Assembly: GCA_046546095.1 (NCBI GenBank)
Contig: JBKGYK010000003.1
Location: 4,220 to 68,219, forward strand
DNA: 64,000 bases
Origin: Bacteroidales bacterium
GTDB lineage: Bacteria; Bacteroidota; Bacteroidia; Bacteroidales; ML635J-15
Reading direction: 5' to 3'
The notes beneath the pieces are model-generated. The model was not told the DNA's origin, did no database searches, and was given only the letters and a program-made list of their open reading frames with translations. Of the stretch, positions 18,821-29,867 are shown in pieces. A program made the translations under genes and the position numbers. Position 1 is the first letter of the stretch. Each line of letters opens with the position of its first letter.

Positions 18821-21800
18821 TTGAAGCGAATTTATAAATATCTGACCGATACTCTACTGGCGGGGGGCCTTGCATTGCTGTTTCTGTTTCCATTTGCAGG
18901 AACATCATCTGCATTCAGCCAAAACAACAATGATAGTCCCGTACCTGATACCACATTGCATTCAGCAGATACCATTGAAATTGATGAAGTGGATTTGCCA
19001 TGGGATTTTCAGCCGGACGATAACAACCCTCTCACTGCCGACCCCGAGTCTCCTCTTTTTGGAAAAGATCCGGACAACATCAACAGCCAGATTGAATACG
19101 ATCCGGAAACAGATTCTTATGTTTTCAAAAAGACCCTGGGCGACTCTCTTGAATTGGGCACACCATACAGTCTTCCCTTTCAGGATTATATGCAGTACGA
19201 TTTTGAAAAAGGCATGCAGGATTATTGGCGGCAGCGGGTAGAAAACGCAAATTTTGAAACAAGATCAAGCCTGATTCCCAAACTGGAAGTGGGAGGTGAA
19301 GCTTTCGACAGAATTTTTGGCAGCAACACCATAGATATTAAACCTCAGGGATCAGCTGAATTGAGTTTCGGCCTGAATATATCAAAAGTGGAAAATCCCA
19401 ACCTTCCGGTTAAACTACAACGAACAACCACCTTTGATTTTGATGAGAAGATTCAGATGAATGTAGTCGGCCAGATTGGTGACAAAATGAAGCTCAATGT
19501 CCAGTATGATACCGAAGCTTCTTTTGATTTTGAAAACTCTGTCAAAATTGAATATACCGGACATGAGGATGAAATCATACAGAAAATTGAAGCCGGTAAT
19601 GTCTCACTACCTCTTACAGGATCACTGATTCAGGGCAGTCAGTCATTGTTTGGGTTCAAAACCGAACTCAAATTCGGGAAACTTACTATGACCAGTATTT
19701 TTTCCCAACAAAAAGGCGAAACCAGCACAATCACAGTTGAAGGCGGTGCCCAAAGGCAAGATTTTGAAATTGATGCTGATGAATATGAAAAAGATAAACA
19801 CTTTTTCCTGGCGCATTACTTTAAGGAAAATTACGATAAATCACTGGAAAATCTACCTGTTATCAACTCCGGGGTGAATATCACCAAAGTGGAAGTATGG
19901 ATAACCAATACCAGCGGAAATTTTGAGGATGCACGTAACATTGTGGCCTTTACGGATCTTGCAGAATCAAATGATGAAAATATTCAGAGTGATTACATTA
20001 CCGGGATTTCACAGACAATGTTGCCAAACGATTCGGTCAACAGTCTTTTTAACATCGAAGAACAATATCCCTTAGTCAGGGATATTAACCAAACCACCTC
20101 ACTTCTTTCCGGTGAACCTTTCAGTATGCAGGGAGGTGTGGATTATCAGAAGATCGAATCTGCCCGCAAGCTGGATGCCTCAGAATACACCCTCAACTCA
20201 CAACTGGGTTACATTTCTCTCGATTCACGTCTGCAATCAGACCAGGTGCTTGCTGTGGCCTTTGAATATACTGTTGGTGGTGAAACATACCGAGTGGGAG
20301 AATTTGCCAATAGTGGTGTCAGTGCTCCTGATGCACTTATTGTTAAGCTGATCAAAGGGACCTCACTCACTCCCGACCAGACCACCTGGGATTTGATGAT
20401 GAAAAACATTTATTCCATTGGTGCTTATCAGCTCAGTTCAGAAGATTTTATCCTGGATGTCATGTACCAGAATGATAAAACAGGAACAGCCATCAACTAT
20501 ATTCCAGCCGGCGATGTTGACAAAACCATATTACTCAGGGTAATGAACCTTGATAATCTCAACCAGCAGCTGGATCCCTATCCTGATGGTAGATTCGATT
20601 TTGTAAATAACATCACCATCAGGCCGGAAAACGGCAGGGTTATTTTCCCTGTCAGGGAACCATTCGGGAGTCATCTCAGGCAGCAAATCACATCCGGAGA
20701 CCCTTCACTTGATGATGTGGCTGATGAATATGTATTTCAGGAACTCTACGACTCCACGCAGAGTACAGCACGACAAATTGCCGAAAAGAATAAGTATTAC
20801 ATGGCAGGGCAATATAAATCAAGCTCAGGCTCGGAAATCAGGCTCAATGCCATCAACATACCCGAGGGCTCAGTAAAAGTAACGGCCGGAGGCATGGAGT
20901 TGACAGAAAATCAGGACTACACAGTAGATTACAACCTTGGCCGGGTAAAAATCATCAACGAAGGCATACTGGAATCAGGCACGCCAATCAATATTTCACT
21001 GGAAAGCAATTCCATGTTCAGTGTACAAACCAAAACCCTTGTGGGTACACACCTGAATTATGAGATAAGCAAAGATTTCAATCTGGGTGCCACCATATTA
21101 AATCTCACTGAACGCCCTCTGACACAAAAAGTAAGCATTGGGGATGAACCCATATCCAATACCATCTGGGGTGTGAACGGATCATACCGCAGCGAAGTCC
21201 CGGAAATCACCAAGGCCATTGACTGGCTGCCTTTTATTGAAACCAAGGAACAATCCACCATTACACTCACAGGTGAATTTGCCCATTTGATACCGGGACA
21301 CTCCAGAGCCATCGAAAAGGAAGGCAATGCTTATATTGATGACTTTGAGGGCAGCGAAACCAGCATTGACATCAAAATGTTCAATGCCTGGTCGATTGCA
21401 AGCACACCTACCGGCCAGGAAAACCTTTTTCCCTATGGTGAATTGATGGACAGCCTTCGCTATGGATTCAACCGTGCCAAGCTGGCATGGTATGTCATTG
21501 ATCCACTGTTCCAGCGCAACAACAGTCCGGTAAGTGTGGAACAGCAATCCAGCCATTATGTACGTGAAGTTCAGGAGCAGGAAATATTCCCCAACAAAGA
21601 AAGTGAAACCGGAGCCATCCCTGCCACACTGGCCGTACTCAACCTGGCATATTATCCAAATCTGAAAGGCCCGTACAACTACAATACAGATGAACTAAAT
21701 CCGGATGGTACCTTGATGAATCCCGAAAAACGTTGGGGCGGAATTATGCGGGAGCTTTCAACAAATGACTTTGAAGAAGCCAATATTGAATATATCGAAT

Positions 21801-24800
21801 TCTGGCTAATGGATCCCTTTGTTGAGGATGAAGACAATCCCGGTGGTGATTTGCTTATCAACCTGGGTAATGTTTCAGAAGACGTTTTAAAAGATTCCAG
21901 GAAATCATTTGAAAACGGCCTGCCCGCACCGGCTGTGGACAACCCGGTAGATACCACTGTTTGGGGCCTGGTGCCTCGGGTACAGTCCCTGGTCAACGCA
22001 TTTGACACTGATCCTGAAAGCAGGGAGGCACAGGATGTGGGACTTGATGGATTGTCATCAGAAGATGAAGTAGAATTCTTTGCAGATTACCTCTCTGACC
22101 TGGCTGCCAATTATGGCACGGACTCAGAAGTATATCAACAAGCAGTCAATGATCCCTCACTTGATGACTATCACCACTTCAGGGGTGAAGATTATGATGA
22201 TGAAAACATTGGCATCCTGGAACGGTACATGGATTATAACGGCCTTGAAGGCAACAGCCCTGTCTCCCAGCCCGGCGAAGAATACTCTACATCTGCAACA
22301 TCTCAGCCGGATGTAGAAGACATCAATGAGGATAATACCCTGAGCGAAAACGAGTCTTATTTTCAATATCGCATCAGTATCCGCCCCAACGAAATGGAAA
22401 TCGGCGAAAACTACATCACCGACAAAGTTAAACATAAAGCAGAAATGGCCAATGATCAGGAAAGTGAAGTTACCTGGTATCAGTTTAAGATTCCCATTTC
22501 AGATTATGACAAAGCCATAGGCCGGATAGAAGATTTTAAATCCATCCGTTTTATGCGTATGATTACCACCAATTTTTCACAACCAACCATCATGCGCTTT
22601 GGCACACTGGATCTGGTTCGTAGCGATTGGAGAAAATACGACAAATCATTCATACAGCCGGGAGAGTATATACCCGATGAACTCAGCAAAACACCATTTG
22701 AGGTGTCTGCTGTAAACATTGAAGAAAATGCAAACAAATCACCGGTCAACTATGTGTTGCCACCAGAGATTGATCGTGTCATTGATCCGCAGAACCCACA
22801 GCTCCGCCAACTGAATGAACAGGCAATGGTACTGAAGGTAATAGATCTTGCCGACGGTGATGCCCGCGCCGTGTACAAAAACATTGACATGGATGTCAGA
22901 AAATACAGAAAACTGAAAATGTTTATCCATGCAGAAGAAGTACCCGGTTATGATTTGAATGATGATGACCTGGAAATATTTGTCAGATTGGGCTCTGATT
23001 ATCAAAACAATTATTATGAATATGAATTGCCTGTGAAAGTCACCCCCGCCGGCAATTACGACAACGACTCCCCTGATGACAGACTGATTGTATGGCCTGA
23101 AGAAAACAACCTGGAACTGGAATTTGATTTGCTGCAACTGGTAAAACAAACCCGCAACGATGAAATGCGCTCAGCAGGGTCAGGTGTTACCCTGACACGC
23201 CTGTATTCCATGGCTGACGGTGAAAGAACAGTAAGCATCATGGGAAATCCCAACCTCAGCAATGTCCGCACCATCATGATTGGCGTACGCAACCCCAAGA
23301 AACAAACAGCAGCTGATCATGACGACGGTATGGAGAAAACAGCAGAAATCTGGGTCAATGAGCTTCGTCTTACTGACTTTGATGAAAAAGGCGGCTGGGC
23401 TGCACGTGCCAGGATGACCACAAAGCTTGCTGACTTTGGCTCCATCACGGTAACAGGGGAAACATCAAAACCCGGATTTGGAAGCATTGAGCAAAAGGTC
23501 AGTGAACGCCAGAAAGAAGAAATCAATTCATACAACATTTCTTCCAATCTGGAATTGGGCAAGTTTTTCCCGGAAAAGTCTGGTGTCAGAATTCCTATGT
23601 ATGTCAGCTACTCCGAATCTGTCAGCAATCCAGAATACAATCCGCTGGATCCCGACATCCCGTTTAAAGTTGCTCTGAACGACCCCAACCGGCCACAGGA
23701 AGAAAAAGATTCCATTAAGCGCATAGCCCAGGATTACACCCAGCGAAAAAGCCTCAACTTTACCAATGTTAAGGTGAATAAAATGAAAGGTCAACCAAAA
23801 ATTTACGACCTTTCCAATTGGTCAGTGAGCTATACGTACAATGAGATTTTCAACCGGAACATCAATACGGAATTTGACACCAGGAAAGACATTTCCGGAG
23901 CCATCAATTACAACTACAATGCAACGCCTCAAAATGTGGAACCGTTCAAAAATGTGAGCTTTCTTAACAAACCATCATTCCGTCTGATCAAAGATTTTAA
24001 CTTTTACTATCTGCCCTCTCAGTTGAGTTTCCGTACAAACCTCAACCGTCAGTACAATGAAAGTCAAACACGAAATATCAACAATCCGTACATGCAGATT
24101 CCACTGAACGTAAATAAGAATTTTAACTGGATCAGGCAGTACGACTTTAAATACAACTTTTCCCGCAGTCTGAAATTTGACTTTTCTGCCACCAACAATG
24201 CCAGGATAGATGAGCCGGAAGGCCGCCTGTGGGAAGGAGATCCATACTATGATCAAAAAATGGATACAATCTGGACTAACCTGAGAGACTTTGGCCGCAA
24301 TACACAGTATAACCACAGTCTGAATCTGAATTATCAGTTGCCAATCAACAAAATACCAATTCTAAGCTGGGTATCTGCCAATGCACGCTATAATGGAAAT
24401 TACGACTGGATTGCCGGGCCGATTACTGCTGACACAATTGAACTGGGGAATACCATACAGAACAACAATACCATGTCTATGAGCAGTCAGTTCAATCTGA
24501 TGTCCCTGTACAACAAAATCGATTATCTGAAAAAAGTAAACCAGGAATACAAAGGTAGAAAACGGAGAAGACCACAAAAACCGGAAATGGAGACAGTCAC
24601 ATACACTGAAGATGTGAAATCTCTGGAGAAAGAAAAGCGAAAACGGATTGTCCATAAGCTAAAAACGGAGAATGTCACGGTCAAAGCCACCAACAAAAAA
24701 GGAGCTGTAGTACCTGGTGATACAAGGATAGTTGATGACAAAATCGTATATTTCACACCGCGGAAAGATTCTGACAGTGCAAAAATTATTGTCTCGGGTC

Positions 24801-26278
24801 AACGTGAGGTGAAAGAAAGTATTCTTAAGAAGATTGTTGACAATACCCTGGCCATGGCCATGAGTACCAAAAATATTTCCATATCATATTCCGGTACCAA
24901 CGCCACCTCACTTCCGGGCTATCTTCCTGAGCCTCAACTCCTGGGGATAACCAATTATACACCGGACGAGGCTACCTTCGGCCAACAAAACACCATACAG
25001 TCACCCGGCGCACCTTTTGTTCTGGGCTGGCAGGACAAAAACTTTGGCCGCTGGGCATCTGACAACTATCTGATTACACGCGACTCCATGCTCAACCAGC
25101 CATACACCATGAGTGAAAATGAAACCTGGAATATAAGGGCATCTCTTGAGCCTGTAAGACAAATGCGCCTCGATCTCAACCTGAACCGCACACATACCGT
25201 AAATACCAGTGAATATTATACCTGGACAATTGATGATCCGACTACCGGCGAAGGCTATTTTAAAACAGGAACAGAGCAAATACAGGGAAATTTTTCCATG
25301 ACAACAATTACCATCGCTTCAGCCTTCGAACCTTTTGGGCAGGATGGCAATTATGATTCCGATGTTTTTGAACTGTTTGCATCAAACAGAAAAGTAATTG
25401 CCGCAAGGCTTGCACAAGATCGCCCTGACTACGATCCCTCCGCTATAGATGAAGATGGCTACCCCGAAGGTTATGGAAAATTATCCCAGGACGTGCTAAT
25501 GCCGGCATTCAGGGCTGCATACTCCGGAATGGATCCCAAAACCATATCGCTGGAGGAATTCCCTGAAATCACCAGTGTATTGCCAAACTGGCGAATGACT
25601 TACGACGGACTGTCGCAGGTGCCATTCATCAAAGATTACATCCGTACCGCAAACATTACACACACGTATCGTTCCACCTACAACATCGGTCAATACCAGA
25701 ATAATTTGCGTGACCTCTGGGATCCTGAAAATGGTTTTAATTATATCACCGATTCCGACGGTAACTATTATTCTCAATACACTTTCAATTCTGTCAGTAT
25801 TACAGAGCAATTCTCACCCCTGATTGGTATTGATCTGAACTGGAAAAATTCTCTCATCACCAAATTGGAATTCAAAAAATCCAGAAACCTGGACATGAGT
25901 TTCAGCAACAACCAACTCACTGAACAACGTACAGATGAATACATCATCGGAGCCGGATACAGAATCAAAGATGTACAAATTACCATTGGAACACAGGGCG
26001 GCAGAAAACGCACATTCAAATCTGACCTCAACCTCAGGCTGGACTTCTCAATCAGAAACAATTTAACTGTTATCCGTAAACTGGAAGAAGAAGTAAATCA
26101 GGCAACTGCAGGTAATGGAATAGTAACCATCAAAGCATCTGCCGATTATGTTTTGAGTGACAGGTTTAATCTAAGATTATTCTATGACCATGTCATCAAT
26201 ACACCAAAAGTATCAATCTCCTATCCGACATCAAATATAGATTTTGGTGTAAGTGTAAGATTTACCCTGGCTTCCTAA
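18821..26278 (+). CDS. sprA: T9SS outer-membrane translocon SprA (Sov)
   Basis: 2485 aa with a signal peptide at the extreme N-terminus. It carries the conserved SprA N-terminal region as I recall it (IKPQGSAELSFG, FDFDEKIQMNVVGQIGDKMKLNVQYDTEASFDFEN, GNVSLPL, SLFGFKTELKFGKLTMTSIFSQQKGE) and a beta-rich remainder. The only available start is TTG at 18821, 11 nt after the ruvA stop. Confidence 0.9.
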   Translation: MKRIYKYLTDTLLAGGLALLFLFPFAGTSSAFSQNNNDSPVPDTTLHSADTIEIDEVDLPWDFQPDDNNPLTADPESPLFGKDPDNINSQIEYDPETDSYVFKKTLGDSLELGTPYSLPFQDYMQYDFEKGMQDYWRQRVENANFETRSSLIPKLEVGGEAFDRIFGSNTIDIKPQGSAELSFGLNISKVENPNLPVKLQRTTTFDFDEKIQMNVVGQIGDKMKLNVQYDTEASFDFENSVKIEYTGHEDEIIQKIEAGNVSLPLTGSLIQGSQSLFGFKTELKFGKLTMTSIFSQQKGETSTITVEGGAQRQDFEIDADEYEKDKHFFLAHYFKENYDKSLENLPVINSGVNITKVEVWITNTSGNFEDARNIVAFTDLAESNDENIQSDYITGISQTMLPNDSVNSLFNIEEQYPLVRDINQTTSLLSGEPFSMQGGVDYQKIESARKLDASEYTLNSQLGYISLDSRLQSDQVLAVAFEYTVGGETYRVGEFANSGVSAPDALIVKLIKGTSLTPDQTTWDLMMKNIYSIGAYQLSSEDFILDVMYQNDKTGTAINYIPAGDVDKTILLRVMNLDNLNQQLDPYPDGRFDFVNNITIRPENGRVIFPVREPFGSHLRQQITSGDPSLDDVADEYVFQELYDSTQSTARQIAEKNKYYMAGQYKSSSGSEIRLNAINIPEGSVKVTAGGMELTENQDYTVDYNLGRVKIINEGILESGTPINISLESNSMFSVQTKTLVGTHLNYEISKDFNLGATILNLTERPLTQKVSIGDEPISNTIWGVNGSYRSEVPEITKAIDWLPFIETKEQSTITLTGEFAHLIPGHSRAIEKEGNAYIDDFEGSETSIDIKMFNAWSIASTPTGQENLFPYGELMDSLRYGFNRAKLAWYVIDPLFQRNNSPVSVEQQSSHYVREVQEQEIFPNKESETGAIPATLAVLNLAYYPNLKGPYNYNTDELNPDGTLMNPEKRWGGIMRELSTNDFEEANIEYIEFWLMDPFVEDEDNPGGDLLINLGNVSEDVLKDSRKSFENGLPAPAVDNPVDTTVWGLVPRVQSLVNAFDTDPESREAQDVGLDGLSSEDEVEFFADYLSDLAANYGTDSEVYQQAVNDPSLDDYHHFRGEDYDDENIGILERYMDYNGLEGNSPVSQPGEEYSTSATSQPDVEDINEDNTLSENESYFQYRISIRPNEMEIGENYITDKVKHKAEMANDQESEVTWYQFKIPISDYDKAIGRIEDFKSIRFMRMITTNFSQPTIMRFGTLDLVRSDWRKYDKSFIQPGEYIPDELSKTPFEVSAVNIEENANKSPVNYVLPPEIDRVIDPQNPQLRQLNEQAMVLKVIDLADGDARAVYKNIDMDVRKYRKLKMFIHAEEVPGYDLNDDDLEIFVRLGSDYQNNYYEYELPVKVTPAGNYDNDSPDDRLIVWPEENNLELEFDLLQLVKQTRNDEMRSAGSGVTLTRLYSMADGERTVSIMGNPNLSNVRTIMIGVRNPKKQTAADHDDGMEKTAEIWVNELRLTDFDEKGGWAARARMTTKLADFGSITVTGETSKPGFGSIEQKVSERQKEEINSYNISSNLELGKFFPEKSGVRIPMYVSYSESVSNPEYNPLDPDIPFKVALNDPNRPQEEKDSIKRIAQDYTQRKSLNFTNVKVNKMKGQPKIYDLSNWSVSYTYNEIFNRNINTEFDTRKDISGAINYNYNATPQNVEPFKNVSFLNKPSFRLIKDFNFYYLPSQLSFRTNLNRQYNESQTRNINNPYMQIPLNVNKNFNWIRQYDFKYNFSRSLKFDFSATNNARIDEPEGRLWEGDPYYDQKMDTIWTNLRDFGRNTQYNHSLNLNYQLPINKIPILSWVSANARYNGNYDWIAGPITADTIELGNTIQNNNTMSMSSQFNLMSLYNKIDYLKKVNQEYKGRKRRRPQKPEMETVTYTEDVKSLEKEKRKRIVHKLKTENVTVKATNKKGAVVPGDTRIVDDKIVYFTPRKDSDSAKIIVSGQREVKESILKKIVDNTLAMAMSTKNISISYSGTNATSLPGYLPEPQLLGITNYTPDEATFGQQNTIQSPGAPFVLGWQDKNFGRWASDNYLITRDSMLNQPYTMSENETWNIRASLEPVRQMRLDLNLNRTHTVNTSEYYTWTIDDPTTGEGYFKTGTEQIQGNFSMTTITIASAFEPFGQDGNYDSDVFELFASNRKVIAARLAQDRPDYDPSAIDEDGYPEGYGKLSQDVLMPAFRAAYSGMDPKTISLEEFPEITSVLPNWRMTYDGLSQVPFIKDYIRTANITHTYRSTYNIGQYQNNLRDLWDPENGFNYITDSDGNYYSQYTFNSVSITEQFSPLIGIDLNWKNSLITKLEFKKSRNLDMSFSNNQLTEQRTDEYIIGAGYRIKDVQITIGTQGGRKRTFKSDLNLRLDFSIRNNLTVIRKLEEEVNQATAGNGIVTIKASADYVLSDRFNLRLFYDHVINTPKVSISYPTSNIDFGVSVRFTLAS

Positions 26279-26351
26279 GCCGATACATGTACATAATTAT
26301 GCATTTTGATCAGTATGTTGCCAAACAATTCAATATCCTGATCATTTTTTT

Positions 26352-26359
26352 TACATTTG
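26352..26359 (+). promoter_or_regulatory. Candidate -7 box (TACATTTG) upstream of gcvH
   Basis: TAnnTTTG match 27 nt upstream of the ATG at 26387. Confidence 0.35.
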
Positions 26360-26386
26360 TAACTTAACTACTAAAAAACTTGGTAT

Positions 26387-26767
26387 ATGAAAATACAGGA
26401 AGATTACAAGTACAGCAAAACCCACGAATGGGTAAAAGTTGACGGTGATGAGGCTTATATTGGTGTTTCCGACTACGCTCAGCAGCAGCTTGGAGATGTT
26501 GTTTTTGTTGAGGTGGAAACCGAAGGCGAAGAGCTTGACAAAGAAGAGGCTTTTGGCACAATTGAAGCAGTAAAGACCGTTTCTGACATTTATATGCCCA
26601 TTGGCGGTGAAGTCCTTGCCTTTAATGAAAAACTCGAAGACAGTCCCGACCTGGTAAACAAAGACCCATACGGTGACGGCTGGATCATTAAAGTAAAAAT
26701 CAGTGACAAATCAGAACTTGATGATCTGATGGATGCTGAAGCATACAAAAAAGAAGCAGAAGAGTAA
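26387..26767 (+). CDS. gcvH: Glycine cleavage system protein H
   Basis: 126 aa, lipoyl-lysine motif EAVKTVSD, GDGWIIKV near the C-terminus. Confidence 0.95.
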   Translation: MKIQEDYKYSKTHEWVKVDGDEAYIGVSDYAQQQLGDVVFVEVETEGEELDKEEAFGTIEAVKTVSDIYMPIGGEVLAFNEKLEDSPDLVNKDPYGDGWIIKVKISDKSELDDLMDAEAYKKEAEE

Positions 26768-26875
26768 ATTCTATGTAAAAGCACCCTGTCCTGCAAGTAA
26801 AAGTAGTTCACAAACTTTCCTGCCTGCGCCGGAAAAGCATTGTCCTTATTTTTCCTTTCAGGATGGGGCTTGTCT

Positions 26876-27577
26876 ATGAAATATATTGCGGTGATACTGG
26901 CCGGAGGCTCCGGCAAACGCATGGGCGCAAGCCTTCCAAAACAATTCATGGAACTTGCAGGTAAGCCCGTTATACAGCACAGCATGGAACGCTTTGCAAA
27001 TTCAGGTTGTATAGATGAAATCATCATCGTTTCGCATCCTGATTTTAAAAGTTTACTTCCAGTTGAAAGTTTAAAACTCAGCATGCCTGCCCATGTTATT
27101 CCCGGTGGCAGCAGCAGAAATATGTCCACATGGCAGGCCATCAACTTTGCCAAAAACCATTACAGAAATCAGGAAACATCCTTATTATTTCACGATGCTG
27201 CACGCCCGAATCCCGACCCGAAGGTAATCAGAAACATTACCACAATGCTCATGACCCACAGCGCTGTAGCCACGGTAAATCCTGTAACAGACACACTTTA
27301 CCGGCTTAATGAGCAGAATGAGTTCTCCGGGCTGGCCGACCGTAGTAAACTCCTGCGGGCTCACACACCACAAGGCTTCAGGTTGAGGACAATCAGTCAG
27401 GCATATGATGCACGTCAGATGAATGGTAATCCGGAATTCACCGACGATATCAGCATTGTCAATCACTACCTGCCGGAAGTAAAAATTGGTATGGTAAAAG
27501 ACAACCCCCTGAATCTGAAAATCAGTTTCCCCGAGGATCTCAAGCTTATGGAAGCTATTCTGGCAAAGAAAAAATAG
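26876..27577 (+). CDS. ispD: 2-C-methyl-D-erythritol 4-phosphate cytidylyltransferase (IspD family)
   Basis: AVILAGGSGKRMG...PKQF, HDAARP, TPQGF motifs. Start trimmed to the ATG at 26876. Confidence 0.8.
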   Translation: MKYIAVILAGGSGKRMGASLPKQFMELAGKPVIQHSMERFANSGCIDEIIIVSHPDFKSLLPVESLKLSMPAHVIPGGSSRNMSTWQAINFAKNHYRNQETSLLFHDAARPNPDPKVIRNITTMLMTHSAVATVNPVTDTLYRLNEQNEFSGLADRSKLLRAHTPQGFRLRTISQAYDARQMNGNPEFTDDISIVNHYLPEVKIGMVKDNPLNLKISFPEDLKLMEAILAKKK

Positions 27578-27593
27578 ATGGTACTTCCCTGCT

Positions 27594-28601
27594 TTATGAT
27601 AAACTGTTGCAGGGATTTTCTTTCAACTCCCTGAGTAAATCATCACGCATTACCGGCACAACACCCGAATACTCACACACCAGTCCGCCTGCCATATTTG
27701 CAATATAGGCTATGTCACGCCTGTCTAATCCACAAACCAAACACAGTGTGGCTGTGGCAATAACAGTATCTCCCGCACCGGAAACATCAGAAATATTCCG
27801 TATTTCTGCAGGAAGAAAATCCTCCCCATTCTCCGATGCTATCACTGCTCCTGCTTCAGCAAGAGTTAATAAAACCTGCTCAACCTTCAGGTCTTTTATC
27901 AGTTTTTGAAGCAGCCCGCGGATCATGGCTTTATCACTTTTGGCAAACTCGGTTTTCATGCCTTCCTTCATTTCCCGGTAGTTGGGCTTAAACAGGGTGA
28001 CACCTTTATAAGCCATAAAGTTGCGTTTCTTCGGATCAACACTTACCGGTATTTTACAATCCGCAGCCAGAGCTACCACATGCTCAATAAGCTCCGGGGT
28101 AATTATTCCCTTATCATAATCTTCAAATATTATGGCATCCGGGGATTCACTTTCACAGATTGCCGTAATCTTAGAAGCCAGTTTATTCACTGTATCAATG
28201 GTCAATACATTCGTGTTTTCCTCATCCACTCTCAACAGATGCTGGCCATTGCTTATGATACGGGTTTTTACACTGGTGGGTCTGTCTTCAATGCGCAGTA
28301 TACCATCTGTACGCATGCCTTCTTCATTGAGCAAGCGTATGAATTCGTCGCCATTGGAATCATTGCCGATAACACTGCACATCAGGGGTTCTGCGCCAAG
28401 TGACCGGATATTTCTCGCCACATTGGAGGCACCTCCCAGACGGTTTTCCCTTCCGCTGATACAGACAATTGGTATGGGAGCTTCCGGGCTGATTCGATCA
28501 ACCCCTCCCCACATATAAGAATCAATCATCACATCACCGATAATCAGAATTTTTTTATCTCCGAAGCATTCAAAAACATGCTCAATATTTTCAATTTTCA
28601 T
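27594..28601 (-). CDS. PfkB-family sugar kinase resembling HldE domain I (heptose-7-phosphate kinase); no adenylyltransferase domain
   Basis: KILIIGDVMIDSY N-terminus, C-terminal DVSGAGDTV anion-hole motif, about 336 aa. Start trimmed to the ATG at 28601. Confidence 0.7.
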   Translation of the reverse strand: MKIENIEHVFECFGDKKILIIGDVMIDSYMWGGVDRISPEAPIPIVCISGRENRLGGASNVARNIRSLGAEPLMCSVIGNDSNGDEFIRLLNEEGMRTDGILRIEDRPTSVKTRIISNGQHLLRVDEENTNVLTIDTVNKLASKITAICESESPDAIIFEDYDKGIITPELIEHVVALAADCKIPVSVDPKKRNFMAYKGVTLFKPNYREMKEGMKTEFAKSDKAMIRGLLQKLIKDLKVEQVLLTLAEAGAVIASENGEDFLPAEIRNISDVSGAGDTVIATATLCLVCGLDRRDIAYIANMAGGLVCEYSGVVPVMRDDLLRELKENPCNSLS

Positions 28602-28728
28602 AGGCAATGACTTATCATCATTCAAATTTAGACAAATTAATGAAAGAAAAAAGCAGTATTCCTTTTCGGTCACGATCAAACAGCTGTTTTTTTTAGCGCT
28701 CACATGCTATTTTCATTACATTTGTTGT

Positions 28729-29844
28729 ATGCCTGGTATATATGTACATATTCCCTTCTGCCGCAGAAAGTGCCATTATTGTGATTTCTATTCTCTGGCA
28801 CTTTTATCCAAAGAGCAGGATTTTGTTGATGCTCTTTGCCGGGAAATAGCACAGGCTTCTCCCGATAAAGAAACTGCTGAAACAATTTACTTTGGTGGTG
28901 GCACGCCGTCTCTTCTTTCAGACAAATCTCTGGAACGCATCATGCTTAGCATCCGGCAGAATTTTGAAATCACAAAGGGAGCTGAAATAAGCCTTGAGGC
29001 AAACCCCGAGGACATCCGGCCTGAATCTCTGAAAATATGGAAGGAGCTCGGATTTAATCGCCTGAGCATAGGCATTCAGTCCACTGATGATAGGATTTTA
29101 TCTTTCCTGGGCCGGAAACACAGCAGCCGTGAAAGTCTGAAAAGCCTGGAAGAAGCCCAAAAATCAGGTTTTGAAAATGTTTCTGCAGATTTGATTTATG
29201 GCATTCCCGGGCTTAATCATTCCATCTGGGAAAAATGCATCAAAACAATACTGTCCACAGGAATTCAACATCTTTCTGCTTATCACCTTACCATAGAACC
29301 GGGCACTCTGCTGAATCGCCGCTTAAAACAAAATCACTTTGCATTGCCGGCAGATGAAGAATCTTACCATCAGTTCATGTTGCTTTTTGACATCACGGAA
29401 AAAGAAGGTTTTCCCTGGTATGAAATTTCAAATTTTGCAAAAAAAGACTTTCACAGCAGGCACAATGCTGCATATTGGGATGACACTGCATATTATGGTT
29501 TTGGTCCGTCTGCACATTCTTATGATGGTGAGAACATCCGGAGCTGGAATCTTTCAGATCTGAATGACTATATTGCAAAGGGAGGCATTAATGCAGAACA
29601 GGAATATCTGGACGGCAAAGATAAATTCAATGATTACCTGATTACCCGTTTACGGACACGACGCGGTCTTGAGTTTGGTGAAATGGAAAAGCGCTTTGGC
29701 AGCACAAAATTATCCGCACTAAAACGTAAACTTCGTGTATACACAGACACAGGGAAAGCGAAAATTGAGGGGGATTGCTTCAGGCTGAAGCCGGAATCTT
29801 TGTTTATTTCGGACAGTATCCTGAAAGATATTATCTATATTTAA
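28729..29844 (+). CDS. hemW: Radical SAM heme chaperone HemW (HemN-like, oxygen-independent coproporphyrinogen oxidase family)
   Basis: MPGIYVHIPFCRRKCHYCDF (CxxxCxxC at the N-terminus), GGGTPS; 371 aa. Confidence 0.9.
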   Translation: MPGIYVHIPFCRRKCHYCDFYSLALLSKEQDFVDALCREIAQASPDKETAETIYFGGGTPSLLSDKSLERIMLSIRQNFEITKGAEISLEANPEDIRPESLKIWKELGFNRLSIGIQSTDDRILSFLGRKHSSRESLKSLEEAQKSGFENVSADLIYGIPGLNHSIWEKCIKTILSTGIQHLSAYHLTIEPGTLLNRRLKQNHFALPADEESYHQFMLLFDITEKEGFPWYEISNFAKKDFHSRHNAAYWDDTAYYGFGPSAHSYDGENIRSWNLSDLNDYIAKGGINAEQEYLDGKDKFNDYLITRLRTRRGLEFGEMEKRFGSTKLSALKRKLRVYTDTGKAKIEGDCFRLKPESLFISDSILKDIIYI

Positions 29845-29867
29845 CCAAAATTATTGACCCTGCGTTT

